A DNA stretch of 64,000 nucleotides from Bacteroidetes bacterium GWF2_40_14 (lineage in GTDB: Bacteria; Bacteroidota; Bacteroidia; Bacteroidales; UBA932): contig MEOK01000001.1 of the NCBI GenBank assembly GCA_001769195.1, forward strand, positions 169,853 through 233,852, in the 5' to 3' direction. The translations under genes and the position numbers were made by a program. This document shows positions 30,350 through 40,150 of this stretch, piece by piece; position 1 is the first letter of the stretch, and every line of letters begins with the position of its first letter. The notes below the pieces were generated by a model, which saw nothing but the letters and a program-made list of their open reading frames with translations, was not told where the DNA came from and did no database searches.

Positions 30350-32401
30350 ATGATAACAAAACAGCTCATTTCGCCAAAAAGTATAGTTATTGTCGGTGGT
30401 TCAGACGACAAACAAAAGCCTGGAGGTAGCGTTCTTAATAATTTGATTGACACCGGATACAAAGGAAAATTATATGTTGTAAACCCTCGGTCAGAAATAG
30501 TACAAGGTGTTAAAAGTTACAATAACGTAGATGAACTGCCCCAGGTAGATCTGGCAATTCTGGCCATCCCTGCCCATCTTTGTCCGGATAGCGTTGACAT
30601 ACTATGCAACAAGAAAGACTGCAAGGCAATAATCATTTTATCTGCCGGGTTTCATGAAGATAGTAAGGAGGGTGCAATTTTAGAAGAGAAGATTGTCGAA
30701 ATTGTCAACAACGCAAGAGCATCATTAATTGGTCCCAATTGTATAGGTGTCATGACTCCTGGCTATACAGGGATATTTACAAAACCTATTCCAAAACTTG
30801 TTGAAACCGGGGTCGACATCATTTCCGGATCAGGTGCGACAGTTGTATTTATTCTGGAGGCAGCAATGCAGCTGGGATTGCAATTTTCTTCTGTCTTTTC
30901 GGTTGGTAACAGTGCGCAGCTTGGCATAGAGGAGATTTTGAAGCATCTTGATGAAACATATATACATGGAAAAAGTGCTCCTGTCAAACTCTTGTATATT
31001 GAGAGTATAAGCAAACCTGAAATGCTGTTAAAGCACTCAATATCTCTTATTAAAAAAGGAGCAAGAATTGCAGCAATAAAATCAGGGTTCAGTGAGGCAG
31101 GAAGCAGAGCGGCTTCTTCTCATACCGGAGCAATGGCGAGTCCAGATAAAGCAGTTACAGCTCTTTTCAGAAAAGCGGGCATAATAAGATGCTACAGCCG
31201 TACTGAACTTGTAACAGTAGCCTCTGTGCTAATGCATCGTCATCCGGGAGGAAACAAAGTAGCTATTATCACTCATGCCGGTGGCCCTGCTGTCATGCTT
31301 ACCGATGTACTATCAGAAAATGGAATAGACATTCCTCATATATCAGGACAAAAGGCAGACGAACTTCTTGCAAAACTATATCCTGGCTCATCAGTTTCAA
31401 ACCCTATCGACTTTCTGGCCACAGGGACTGCTAATCAGCTGGAAAAAATAATCGATGCCTGCGAAAATGATTTTGATGTTGATTGTATGGCAGTAATTTT
31501 TGGCAGTCCTGGTCTGACTCAGGTATATGATGTTTATGAGAAGCTTATCGATAAGATAAAGAAATGCAAAAAGCCAATCTATGCCATTTTGCCCTCAACA
31601 GTAAATGCCAAAGATGAAATTGAAATGTTCAAGGAGAAGGGTGGCATCTGTTTTCCCGATGAAGTGCAGTTTGGCAAGGCTCTTTCTACTGTAATCAATA
31701 CAAAGGAGGCGATAACAGACTGCCAGTTGCCACCAGTTGACTTTAAGATGATTCGTGATGTTATCAAATCAAGCGATAGCGGGTACCTTCACCCGGAACA
31801 GGTTCAGAAGTTATTGGATGCCGCAGGAATAAACAGAGCAAAAGAGGCTGTTGTAGACAATATACAAAGTTTGAAAAAGGCAGTTAAGGATATCGGCTAC
31901 CCTTTGGTAATGAAAGTCGTTGGCCCAGTTCACAAATCCGATGTAGGAGGTGTCGTACTAAACGTTACCGAAGAAGAGACACTTATAATTGAGTTTAACA
32001 GGATGATGAATATCCCTCAGACAAAGGCAATTATGATACAACCAATGTTAAGCGGAACACAAATATTCATTGGGGCAAAAAGAGAAGATAAATTCGGACA
32101 CCTTATTTTGTGTGGTCTTGGAGGCATTTTCGTAGAGGCACTTCATGATATAAATACCTCTTTATCTCCGGTTTCTAAAAGCGAAGCAGACGAAATGATC
32201 AAAAATTTGAGAGGTTATAAACTGATTCAGGGTACAAGAGGACAAGAGGGAGTGAATGAATCTCTTTTTAATGAAGCAATCAGAAGGGTGTCTGCTCTTT
32301 GCAGTGCCGCACCAGAAATATTTGAGATGGATCTTAACCCTCTTTTAGGTAACGCCAGGCAGGTTATTGCTGTTGATGCAAGGATCAGGATAGAAAAATA
32401 G
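30350..32401 (+). CDS. ADP-forming acetate/acyl-CoA ligase, fused alpha-beta single chain
   Basis: CoA-binding N-terminus (IVIVGGS, IGPNC.G), SHTGA phospho-His motif, ATP-grasp C-terminus (MKVVGPVHKSDVGGV, DLNP); TATATTTG at 30323-30330. Confidence 0.9.
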   Translation: MITKQLISPKSIVIVGGSDDKQKPGGSVLNNLIDTGYKGKLYVVNPRSEIVQGVKSYNNVDELPQVDLAILAIPAHLCPDSVDILCNKKDCKAIIILSAGFHEDSKEGAILEEKIVEIVNNARASLIGPNCIGVMTPGYTGIFTKPIPKLVETGVDIISGSGATVVFILEAAMQLGLQFSSVFSVGNSAQLGIEEILKHLDETYIHGKSAPVKLLYIESISKPEMLLKHSISLIKKGARIAAIKSGFSEAGSRAASSHTGAMASPDKAVTALFRKAGIIRCYSRTELVTVASVLMHRHPGGNKVAIITHAGGPAVMLTDVLSENGIDIPHISGQKADELLAKLYPGSSVSNPIDFLATGTANQLEKIIDACENDFDVDCMAVIFGSPGLTQVYDVYEKLIDKIKKCKKPIYAILPSTVNAKDEIEMFKEKGGICFPDEVQFGKALSTVINTKEAITDCQLPPVDFKMIRDVIKSSDSGYLHPEQVQKLLDAAGINRAKEAVVDNIQSLKKAVKDIGYPLVMKVVGPVHKSDVGGVVLNVTEEETLIIEFNRMMNIPQTKAIMIQPMLSGTQIFIGAKREDKFGHLILCGLGGIFVEALHDINTSLSPVSKSEADEMIKNLRGYKLIQGTRGQEGVNESLFNEAIRRVSALCSAAPEIFEMDLNPLLGNARQVIAVDARIRIEK

Positions 32402-32410
32402 CAAAATTAA

Positions 32411-32563
32411 ATGTTTAAAAAAATATATAAAGCCTTTCAAGATTTAAACCCGAATGTTCAAGGGTTTATAATACTTATTGTTATTTTGATAATAGGAATT
32501 ATTATACGGTGGGATTACATAATTGATAATATTATACGCGGTTTTAAATATTTTTCTAAATAA
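32411..32563 (+). CDS. Small (50 aa) single-TM membrane protein of unknown function
   Basis: Not in ORF track. MFKKIYKAFQDLNPNVQGFIILIVILIIGIIIRWDYIIDNIIRGFKYFSK*; starts 10 nt after the ligase stop; basic N-terminus plus hydrophobic helix. Confidence 0.7.
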   Translation: MFKKIYKAFQDLNPNVQGFIILIVILIIGIIIRWDYIIDNIIRGFKYFSK

Positions 32564-32649
32564 TTGTCGTTTTTACATTACGATTTGTTGCTTTTTTAGA
32601 GAATTTTATTTACATTTGTAAAAATTTATAAATTAAACTATTAGTAAAT

Positions 32650-32871
32650 ATGGCATTAAAAGGAGCTATAGTAGTTGACAGAGAAAAATGCAAGGGATGT
32701 GGTGTATGTCTTGTAAACTGTCCTACAAATACCATTGCTTTAGCTAAAGAGGTTAACAGCAAAGGTTACAATTTTGCTTTTATGGCGTCACCGGAAAGTT
32801 GCACAGGATGTACCAATTGCGCAACGGTGTGCCCTGACACATGCATTACAGTTTATCGGGTTAAAGTATAA
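32650..32871 (+). CDS. 2x[4Fe-4S] ferredoxin-like delta subunit of 2-oxoacid:ferredoxin oxidoreductase
   Basis: CKGCGVCLVNCP and CTGCTNCATVCP motifs; TACATTTG at 32611-32618. Confidence 0.93.
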   Translation: MALKGAIVVDREKCKGCGVCLVNCPTNTIALAKEVNSKGYNFAFMASPESCTGCTNCATVCPDTCITVYRVKV

Positions 32872-32895
32872 CTGAATAATATTAAAAATTTCAAT

Positions 32896-33978
32896 ATGGC
32901 AGAGAAGATTTTAATGAAAGGGAACGAAGCAATCGCACATGCTGCAATTCGTTGCGGATGTGATGGTTACTTTGGATATCCTATAACTCCTCAATCAGAG
33001 ATTATGGAAACCCTGATGGAAGAGCAACCGTGGGAAACCACTGGAATGGTGGTTTTACAAGCAGAAAGTGAAACATCATCAATAAACATGATATATGGCG
33101 GTGCCTGTTGTGGTAAGAAGGTGATGACATCTTCAAGCAGCCCGGGCGTTAGCCTTATGTGCGAAGGTCTCAGCTACCTGGCTGGTGCCGAACTACCATG
33201 TCTGGTAGTGAATGTAGTAAGAGGTGGTCCTGGTCTGGGAACAATACAACCTGGTCAGGGGGATTATTTTCAAGCTGTTAAGGGTGGAGGTCACGGCGAC
33301 TACAAGATGGTTGTTCTTGCGCCATCTTCAGCTCAGGAGATGTACGATTTTGTTGACCTTTCATTCGAACTGGCATTCAAATACAGAACTCCGGCAATGA
33401 TTCTTGCTGACGGAGTTGTTGGTCAGATGATGGAAACCGTTGAGTTACGTCCGATGAAGCCAAGGCTGACAAATGAGCAAATCATAGAAAAATACTCTTC
33501 ATGGGCCACAACCGGAAAAACCCCGGGAAGAAAACAAAATGTGGTTACATCTTTGGCTTTGGATTCAATTATTCACGAACAGCTGAACAATACTCTTCAG
33601 GCAAAGTACAGAAAGATGGAAGAAGATGACGTACGCTTTGAAGAGATAATGTGTGACGATGCAGAACATGTAATAGTTGCATATGGTTGTATGGCAAGAA
33701 TATGCGAGAGTACAGTAGAAATGGCCCGAAAAGAGGGAATCAAACTTGGTTTATTGAGGCCAATAACTCTTTTCCCTTTCCCTACAAATGAGATAAACAG
33801 GCTTGTACCCCAGCTTAAAACAATGATGTCGGTAGAACTTAGTGCCGGCCAGATGGTCGAGGATGTAAGACTTGCAGTGAACGGAAGAATTCCCGTAAAT
33901 TTCTTTGGACGTCTAGGTGGTATTGTTCCATCTCCGGATGAGGTATTTGAGGCATTTAAAAAAGCTATTAACAAATAA
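32896..33978 (+). CDS. 2-oxoacid:ferredoxin oxidoreductase alpha subunit (ketoisovalerate oxidoreductase VorB-like)
   Basis: GNEAIA, GYPITPQSE, QAESE, TSSSSPG and RGGPGLG motifs. Confidence 0.92.
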   Translation: MAEKILMKGNEAIAHAAIRCGCDGYFGYPITPQSEIMETLMEEQPWETTGMVVLQAESETSSINMIYGGACCGKKVMTSSSSPGVSLMCEGLSYLAGAELPCLVVNVVRGGPGLGTIQPGQGDYFQAVKGGGHGDYKMVVLAPSSAQEMYDFVDLSFELAFKYRTPAMILADGVVGQMMETVELRPMKPRLTNEQIIEKYSSWATTGKTPGRKQNVVTSLALDSIIHEQLNNTLQAKYRKMEEDDVRFEEIMCDDAEHVIVAYGCMARICESTVEMARKEGIKLGLLRPITLFPFPTNEINRLVPQLKTMMSVELSAGQMVEDVRLAVNGRIPVNFFGRLGGIVPSPDEVFEAFKKAINK

Positions 33979-33992
33979 TCAAAATTGCAATC

Positions 33993-34754
33993 ATGGATGT
34001 AAATGATATAATCAAACCAGAGAACATGGTGTATTCAAAGACACCTGTTCTTACAAGTACAACTATGCATTATTGCCCGGGTTGTTCTCACGGTACCGTA
34101 CACAAATTAATAGCAGAGGTAATAGACGAGATGGGTATCCAGGAAAAGACCATTGGAGTCTCTCCAGTTGGATGTGCCGTGTTCGCTTACAATTATGTTG
34201 ATATTGACTGGCAACAGGCAGCTCACGGAAGAGCACCCGCTGTGGCCACAGCAACAAAGAGACTTCATCCGGAGAAATATGTATTCACATATCAGGGTGA
34301 CGGAGATCTGGCTTCAATTGGTACCGCTGAAATAATGCACGCATGTAACAGAGGTGAAAACATTGTTGTAATTTTCATCAACAATGCAATATATGGGATG
34401 ACCGGGGGGCAGATGGCTCCTACTACCCTGCTTGGAATGAAGACAGCTACGACTCCTTATGGAAGGACAAAAGAGCTCCACGGATCACCACTCAGAATAA
34501 CAGAACTTCTTGCACAGCTAGAAGGCACCTGTTATGTAACACGTCAATCGGTACATAATGCAGCTTCTGCCCGCAAAACTAAAAGAGCAATCAGAAAAGC
34601 ATTTGAAAATTCAGCTTTGGGAAAAGGCACATCATTTGTAGAAGTTGTAAGTACATGTAATTCTGGCTGGAAACTTAGCCCTGTAAAGGCTAACGAATGG
34701 ATGGTAGAAAATATGTTCCCAAAATACCCTGTTGGAGATATTAAAGATTTGTAA
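33993..34754 (+). CDS. 2-oxoacid:ferredoxin oxidoreductase beta (TPP-binding) subunit
   Basis: YCPGCSHG, HGRA, QGDGD...NN and YGMTGGQMAPTT motifs. Confidence 0.93.
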   Translation: MDVNDIIKPENMVYSKTPVLTSTTMHYCPGCSHGTVHKLIAEVIDEMGIQEKTIGVSPVGCAVFAYNYVDIDWQQAAHGRAPAVATATKRLHPEKYVFTYQGDGDLASIGTAEIMHACNRGENIVVIFINNAIYGMTGGQMAPTTLLGMKTATTPYGRTKELHGSPLRITELLAQLEGTCYVTRQSVHNAASARKTKRAIRKAFENSALGKGTSFVEVVSTCNSGWKLSPVKANEWMVENMFPKYPVGDIKDL

Positions 34755-34768
34755 AAACAGAAAGTGAT

Positions 34769-35320
34769 ATGAAAGAAGAAATAATTATAGCTGGTTTTGG
34801 CGGACAAGGAGTATTGTCTATGGGCAAGATCTTAGCATATTCCGGAATCATGCAAGGACAGGAAGTTACATGGATGCCCTCTTACGGACCGGAGATGCGT
34901 GGCGGAACTGCCAATGTTACGGTAATTCTGAGCGATAAAAAAATCAGTTCTCCAATCTTAAGCAAATTTGATACTGCAATTATATTGAACCAGCAGTCGA
35001 TGGATAAGTTTGAAGATGGTGTAAAACCCGGTGGATTACTTATATATGATCCAAATGGAATCACTCGTCATCCAAAAAGAAAAGATATTAACGTATGCAC
35101 CATTGCTGCTGTTGATTTGTCTGCAGAATTAGGCAATTCCAAAGCATATAACATGGTAGTATTAGGTGCATTTCTCAGCAAAAAACCGATCGTAAACCTG
35201 GAAAATGTCATTAAAGGATTAAAGAAATCAATACCCGAGAGACATCACTCCCTTATTCCAATGAATGAACAAGCTATTAAGGTTGGAATGGAGAAGATTC
35301 AGGTTATTAACAGCCTGTAA
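34769..35320 (+). CDS. 2-oxoacid:ferredoxin oxidoreductase gamma subunit
   Basis: AGFGGQGV and PSYGPEMRGGTA motifs. Confidence 0.93.
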   Translation: MKEEIIIAGFGGQGVLSMGKILAYSGIMQGQEVTWMPSYGPEMRGGTANVTVILSDKKISSPILSKFDTAIILNQQSMDKFEDGVKPGGLLIYDPNGITRHPKRKDINVCTIAAVDLSAELGNSKAYNMVVLGAFLSKKPIVNLENVIKGLKKSIPERHHSLIPMNEQAIKVGMEKIQVINSL

Positions 35321-35340
35321 GGGGTAAATAAATACTTATT

Positions 35341-35373
35341 AAGGCTGCCTGATTAGTTTTAGGCAGCTTTTTT
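35341..35373 (+). terminator. Intrinsic terminator after the oxidoreductase operon
   Basis: AAGGCTGCCT / AGGCAGCTTT stem, 10-nt loop, T6 tract. Confidence 0.85.
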
Positions 35374-35396
35374 GCTTAATACTTTTTAAATTTTAT

Positions 35397-35404
35397 TATC
35401 TTTG
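35397..35404 (+). promoter_or_regulatory. -7 promoter element for the zapB-like-zapA-(RNA)-rny unit
   Basis: TATCTTTG matches TAnnTTTG, 19 nt before the ATG at 35424. Confidence 0.65.
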
Positions 35405-35423
35405 TGACATTGCATAACAAAGT

Positions 35424-35717
35424 ATGAGCAAAGAATATCAAATAGTCATAAACAATCTTAAACAGAAGATTGAACTTATAATATCGAGATATGAACAGGT
35501 TGTGACTGAAAATCAGAGATTATCTGCCGAGCTCCTCTACTGTAAAGATGCATTAAGCAGTAGTATTAACAACGTAAAAGAATTAGAAGAAAAAGTAAAT
35601 AAATTACAGTTAGTTGAAGCTTTCAAGACATCCTCGCAGGATGTCAAGGAGGCAAAGCAGAAAATTGGCAGAATGGTGAAAGAGATAGACAAATGTATTG
35701 CACTTTTAAATGACTAA
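35424..35717 (+). CDS. Coiled-coil protein, ZapB-like partner of ZapA
   Basis: 97 aa with an all-helical heptad pattern, directly upstream of zapA. Confidence 0.6.
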   Translation: MSKEYQIVINNLKQKIELIISRYEQVVTENQRLSAELLYCKDALSSSINNVKELEEKVNKLQLVEAFKTSSQDVKEAKQKIGRMVKEIDKCIALLND

Positions 35718-35723
35718 GTATTA

Positions 35724-36017
35724 ATGGAACAACAATCAATACGGATCAGCATTGCAGACAGATACTATCCTCTCAAAATAGCTATTTCAGATGAGGAGAA
35801 GATAAGGGCCGCAGCTAAAATTATTAATGAAAAGGTAGATTTATATAAAAAAAGGTATATAAATCGCGATACACAGGATGCTCTTTCGATGGCTCTTCTT
35901 CAGTTCGTGATTCGTTTGATAGAATCTGAACAAAAAGAGGAGAGCAATCAGATAATTGACGAACTGCAAAATCTGGATACTCTTCTTGATGAGTACATCA
36001 AGGTCAATATTTCTTAA
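35724..36017 (+). CDS. zapA: Cell division protein ZapA
   Basis: IRISIADRYYPLKI...EEKIRAAAKIINE...QDALSMA pattern. Confidence 0.9.
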   Translation: MEQQSIRISIADRYYPLKIAISDEEKIRAAAKIINEKVDLYKKRYINRDTQDALSMALLQFVIRLIESEQKEESNQIIDELQNLDTLLDEYIKVNIS

Positions 36018-36034
36018 ATTCAACTATAGTGCTT

Positions 36035-36217
36035 AGCCGTTGGTTTAGCTCTTTGCCAAAATCAACACTAAAAAATTACCGGGCGAAACTCGACAGTCAA
36101 AAACAGGCCTATTTACCCTCACGGGGATTCCATTCTGGGACGTTGGACGTTTGCGACACAAGTCGGTGCTCAAATCTTATTATTAAGGTTTTTGACTAAA
36201 CAGCTCTTCCAACGGCT
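36035..36217 (+). ncRNA. Probable 6S RNA (ssrS-like)
   Basis: 183 nt bounded by a perfect 9-bp stem AGCCGTTGG/CCAACGGCT; further helices GTTTAG/CTAAAC, CAAAA/TTTTG and ACCG/CGGT; A/U-rich central bubble; lies immediately downstream of zapA as in E. coli zapA-ssrS. Confidence 0.65.
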
Positions 36218-36251
36218 TTTTTGAAAATTACAACACTATATATATACACAA

Positions 36252-37787
36252 ATGGAAATAATTTTAACAATTCTACTCCCCGCAATAGCCGGTTTTGGTA
36301 TAGCGTACTATGTGGGCAACAATATTTTACTTAAGAAACGCAGAGAAGAGATAATTAAATGTGCAGAACAGGATGGTGAAAACATCAAGAAAGAGAAGAT
36401 CTTTCAGGCGAAAGAGAAGTTTCTGCAACTAAAAAGTGACCATGAGCAACAAATACTTGAAAGGAGCAATCAGGTAGTCCAACAGGAAAACCGATTGAAA
36501 CAGAGAGAGCTGGTTCTTAACCAGCAGGCATCTGAGATTCAGAAAAAGAACAAGGAGGCTGAGACAATAAAGGACAACCTTAAATTACAGTCTGACCATC
36601 TTGAGAAAAAGCAGGAGGAGTATGAAAAACTAAGGATAGAGGCAATTCAGAAGATTGAGAACTTAGCCGGAATGTCTGCTGTAGAAGCTAAAAACCAATT
36701 GGTCGAAACTATGAAGTCGGAGGCGAAATCAGAAGCAATGTCGTATATAAGCGAAGTTGTAGATGAAGCCAGGCTGACAGCAAGTAAAGAGGCTAAAAGA
36801 ATAGTAATAAACACCATACAAAGAATTGCGCCGGAAACTGCAATTGAAAATGCGGTTACAGTGTTCAATATCGAAAGTGACGAAATCAAGGGAAGAATTA
36901 TTGGAAGGGAAGGAAGAAACATTCGTGCACTGGAAGCTGCAACCGGTGTGGAGATTGTTGTGGACGATACACCTGAGGCAATTTTGTTGTCAGCATTTGA
37001 CCCTGTAAGGAGAGAGGTTGCCAGATTGGCTCTTCATCAGCTTGTTACAGATGGAAGGATTCACCCTGCAAGAATCGAGGAGGTTGTTGCTAAGGTTCAG
37101 AAACAGCTCGATGATGAAATTATGGAGACCGGCAAGAGGACTTGCATAGACCTTGGTGTTCACGGACTTCATGTAGAACTTATTAGACTTATTGGAAGAA
37201 TGAAGTACCGTTCTTCATATGGGCAGAATTTACTTCAACACTCAAGGGAAGTTGCGAATATTTGTGCCACAATGGCTTCTGAACTAGGGCTTAACACCAA
37301 GACAGCTAAACGTGCTGGTTTGCTCCATGATATAGGAAAGGTTTCAGATGAGGATCCTGAACTTCCACACGCTATTCTTGGTATGAAGCTCGCAGAAAAA
37401 TACAAGGAAAAACCTGAGATTTGCAATGCAATTGGCTCTCACCACGAGGAGGTTGAGATGACCTCTCTCATTTCGCCTTTGGTTTTAGTGAGTGATGCAA
37501 TATCAGGAGCAAGACCAGGAGCAAGAAGAGAGGTTATTGAGTCTTATATCAAGAGATTGAAGGAGATGGAAGATCTAGCATTGGCCTACCCTGGAGTGAC
37601 TAAGACATATGCCATACAGGCAGGCAGGGAACTTAGGGTTATTGTTGGAAGCGAAATGGTTTCCGATAAAGACTCAGAACAATTGTCAATGGATATTGCA
37701 AAGAAGATTCAGGACGAAATGGTTTATCCCGGCCAGGTGAAAATTACGGTTATCCGGGAAACCCGGGCAGTAAGTTTTGCGAAATAA
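36252..37787 (+). CDS. rny: Ribonuclease Y
   Basis: N-terminal TM anchor, coiled coil, KH domain ([13 protein letters not shown]), HD domain (LLHDIGK). Confidence 0.97.
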   Translation: MEIILTILLPAIAGFGIAYYVGNNILLKKRREEIIKCAEQDGENIKKEKIFQAKEKFLQLKSDHEQQILERSNQVVQQENRLKQRELVLNQQASEIQKKNKEAETIKDNLKLQSDHLEKKQEEYEKLRIEAIQKIENLAGMSAVEAKNQLVETMKSEAKSEAMSYISEVVDEARLTASKEAKRIVINTIQRIAPETAIENAVTVFNIESDEIKGRIIGREGRNIRALEAATGVEIVVDDTPEAILLSAFDPVRREVARLALHQLVTDGRIHPARIEEVVAKVQKQLDDEIMETGKRTCIDLGVHGLHVELIRLIGRMKYRSSYGQNLLQHSREVANICATMASELGLNTKTAKRAGLLHDIGKVSDEDPELPHAILGMKLAEKYKEKPEICNAIGSHHEEVEMTSLISPLVLVSDAISGARPGARREVIESYIKRLKEMEDLALAYPGVTKTYAIQAGRELRVIVGSEMVSDKDSEQLSMDIAKKIQDEMVYPGQVKITVIRETRAVSFAK

Positions 37788-37802
37788 GAATTGGCCCTGT
37801 TG

Positions 37803-38975
37803 TTATTTGAATTTTATAAGCATCAGCACAGGATTGTCATTTTCGTTCATTTGGTCGGTTATCCGTTTTAAGGTATCGGACAGCTTATCATAATTATCTT
37901 TAAGGTTATGATAATATAACCTTTTTGCTAGATAATTTGGATTTAACGTTAGATAAAATCCGAAAATTTTCATATCTTCTGTATAGGATGAACTTGAGTC
38001 ACCTCTAATTTTATAGATGCTATTCTTGGCTTTATCGTACACCAAAAATTTAACATTGCTGAAAACTGATTCTTTGTCGAGTGCAATAGCTGATGTCAAA
38101 AATATATATTTGTCTGTTTCCAGTACTGGAAATATGCACATTTCACCTCTATTCTGATATTTAGTAACATCTACAAATTTTGGAGTAATTTTAAGAGAAT
38201 CATCCATAAAGAAAGTTGTGTCAGATCTGAATGAAAAAAAATAACAACCTTTACTAGTAGTAGTAATGGACATTCCTGAAGTTCCTATTTTGCTAGTATG
38301 TATCCTGGAGAAATTAATATCCGGAACATCAAGCAGCGTCAGGCTATCCTTGTCAATATAACTTAATGATCTTCTTCCAAAATTCATAACCTTATTTCCT
38401 TTGGCTATCCATTCAGGTTGGTAATAAATTGCCTTAGGGTTAAATCCAACCAGAGTTGTATTATTGATATTTTCAATGTTATTAAATGATAAACTCGAAC
38501 CATAATCTTTTTTTGATTTTTTATATTGCCCCTCTAAGCTGAATACATATAATTGTTCTTCCCTGGTACCCCAAATATAGACCTCCTTTTTAATTGTGTC
38601 AACCGAGAAACAAAAAGATCCTGATACCAATTCGCCTGGTCCATTGCCCTTATCACCTATTCTGTATAAAGGTTCTCCTTTAAGACTATATACAACTATT
38701 TTAGGATCAATTGTATTAATATCTCCTAAAAATATTCTGTCGCTTGTTACAAACACTTGTCTTGGAAGCTCGCCAATAATAGTCATTGTATCTTTTCCAA
38801 ATTTTAGCGGGATATATGAGATATCCGCAATATCGCTAAGTCTTAGATCGAGTTCTGGGTAGTTCTTGTTTGCATCAATTTCAATAATTTTATCATGGGG
38901 TTGCGTGCTACATGATAAAATTATGATAAAAATAGCAGTGCTTACAAAAAACCATTGATTTAATTTATTTGTCAT
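37803..38975 (-). CDS. 6-bladed beta-propeller lipoprotein (DUF4934/DUF5128-like)
   Basis: Lipobox (IIILSC); IGDKGNGPGE motif; NENDNPVLMLIKFK C-terminus typical of this family. Confidence 0.7.
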   Translation of the reverse strand: MTNKLNQWFFVSTAIFIIILSCSTQPHDKIIEIDANKNYPELDLRLSDIADISYIPLKFGKDTMTIIGELPRQVFVTSDRIFLGDINTIDPKIVVYSLKGEPLYRIGDKGNGPGELVSGSFCFSVDTIKKEVYIWGTREEQLYVFSLEGQYKKSKKDYGSSLSFNNIENINNTTLVGFNPKAIYYQPEWIAKGNKVMNFGRRSLSYIDKDSLTLLDVPDINFSRIHTSKIGTSGMSITTTSKGCYFFSFRSDTTFFMDDSLKITPKFVDVTKYQNRGEMCIFPVLETDKYIFLTSAIALDKESVFSNVKFLVYDKAKNSIYKIRGDSSSSYTEDMKIFGFYLTLNPNYLAKRLYYHNLKDNYDKLSDTLKRITDQMNENDNPVLMLIKFK

Positions 38976-40150
38976 CTTAATACCTGATTAAAATCATTCT
39001 TTAATATAAAATAGCACAGAATAAGATTGTTTTGTGTCGGATTCTCAGCAAGATAGGGAGGTAAATTAATTCCGGGAAGATTACTATTCATGACTTTGAA
39101 AAGCTTTCTCTCAATAGAATTAATATAAATCAAGTCGTATGCTCCAATACTGAAAACAGTTCCTGGAAGGTACCATTCCATGATGGTGGTATTATATGAC
39201 ACAGTATTATTGTAGACTTCCATTTGGTTATTACATATTGTAAATAACTTGATTGTAATCAGTTTCTCCTTATGTTTAAATTCGTGATTCCATCTTACAA
39301 GCCATTTATCTTCTGAAAGCTGCCATAAACCGGTAAGAGCCATTTGACCTGCTTTTGATTTGACCTTCTTTTTAATGAGTTTTGGTCTGTTGGCCTTATC
39401 GATATTCACTAAAATAACAGAATCCTTCGTGTCGAACTTATATCTGTATACAATGTCCTCGAAAAGATACTTTACCAAAACCCCACTGTCACTTTTAGTT
39501 ATAATATTAACAGGTGCTATCTTGGAAAGAATTGTATCATATAGCTCTTTATCGGGAGTAAAGCTTTTTTTAGAAGGATAATCAATTTGTTTCACGTTCC
39601 CTTCTCTAAGGTCTGCTACAAACGTAACTGGAACCGGTAGACTGCAAGTTGTAAGAAGAAGATGAGTTTTATCAAGAAACACTAACTTATCGTACTTATA
39701 TGCAGGATCTAATTTTATTTCATCGATTTGTTTTCCAAGAGTATCCTGACTTATGATTTTTGTGGATTTTGCTTCAAGGGCATATACTATCTTACTATCC
39801 CTATCTATATCAAACGAAATGAAATCATAATTGGCGTCTTGTGTTTGAAAGGTAACATCCAGTAACCCGGTAATTAAATTATATCTCCTTATTTTGTTTT
39901 TAACGAGAATGTATACTTCATTCTCTATACTGATAATCTGTTTTACATCATTTTGGGAGAAACTGTCGGTTTTTTCTAGAAAAACAGCTTTATATTCTTT
40001 AAAGTATTCATTATAACGGTCTTCTAACGATACAATTTTATCTTTGTTAAATTTTTGCAGATCTATGACTTTTAGGTTTTTCTTGTCGTCTGAACAATTA
40101 TACAGAATAATTATCGATAGCAGCGAAAGGATGATTCCCAATTTTCTCAT
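38972..40150 (-). CDS. Divergent beta-propeller-type lipoprotein
   Basis: Lipobox (ILYNCSDD); blade-like beta repeats; 4-nt overlaps with both neighbours; lacks the GxGPGE motif. Confidence 0.5.
   Translation of the reverse strand: MRKLGIILSLLSIIILYNCSDDKKNLKVIDLQKFNKDKIVSLEDRYNEYFKEYKAVFLEKTDSFSQNDVKQIISIENEVYILVKNKIRRYNLITGLLDVTFQTQDANYDFISFDIDRDSKIVYALEAKSTKIISQDTLGKQIDEIKLDPAYKYDKLVFLDKTHLLLTTCSLPVPVTFVADLREGNVKQIDYPSKKSFTPDKELYDTILSKIAPVNIITKSDSGVLVKYLFEDIVYRYKFDTKDSVILVNIDKANRPKLIKKKVKSKAGQMALTGLWQLSEDKWLVRWNHEFKHKEKLITIKLFTICNNQMEVYNNTVSYNTTIMEWYLPGTVFSIGAYDLIYINSIERKLFKVMNSNLPGINLPPYLAENPTQNNLILCYFILKNDFNQVLR

Noticed and set aside
36236-36247. Short (TA)n runs before several start codons (pckA, rny, propeller, glpD)
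   Set aside because: They are consistent with ordinary AT-rich Bacteroidota translation leaders and too short to be informative repeats.
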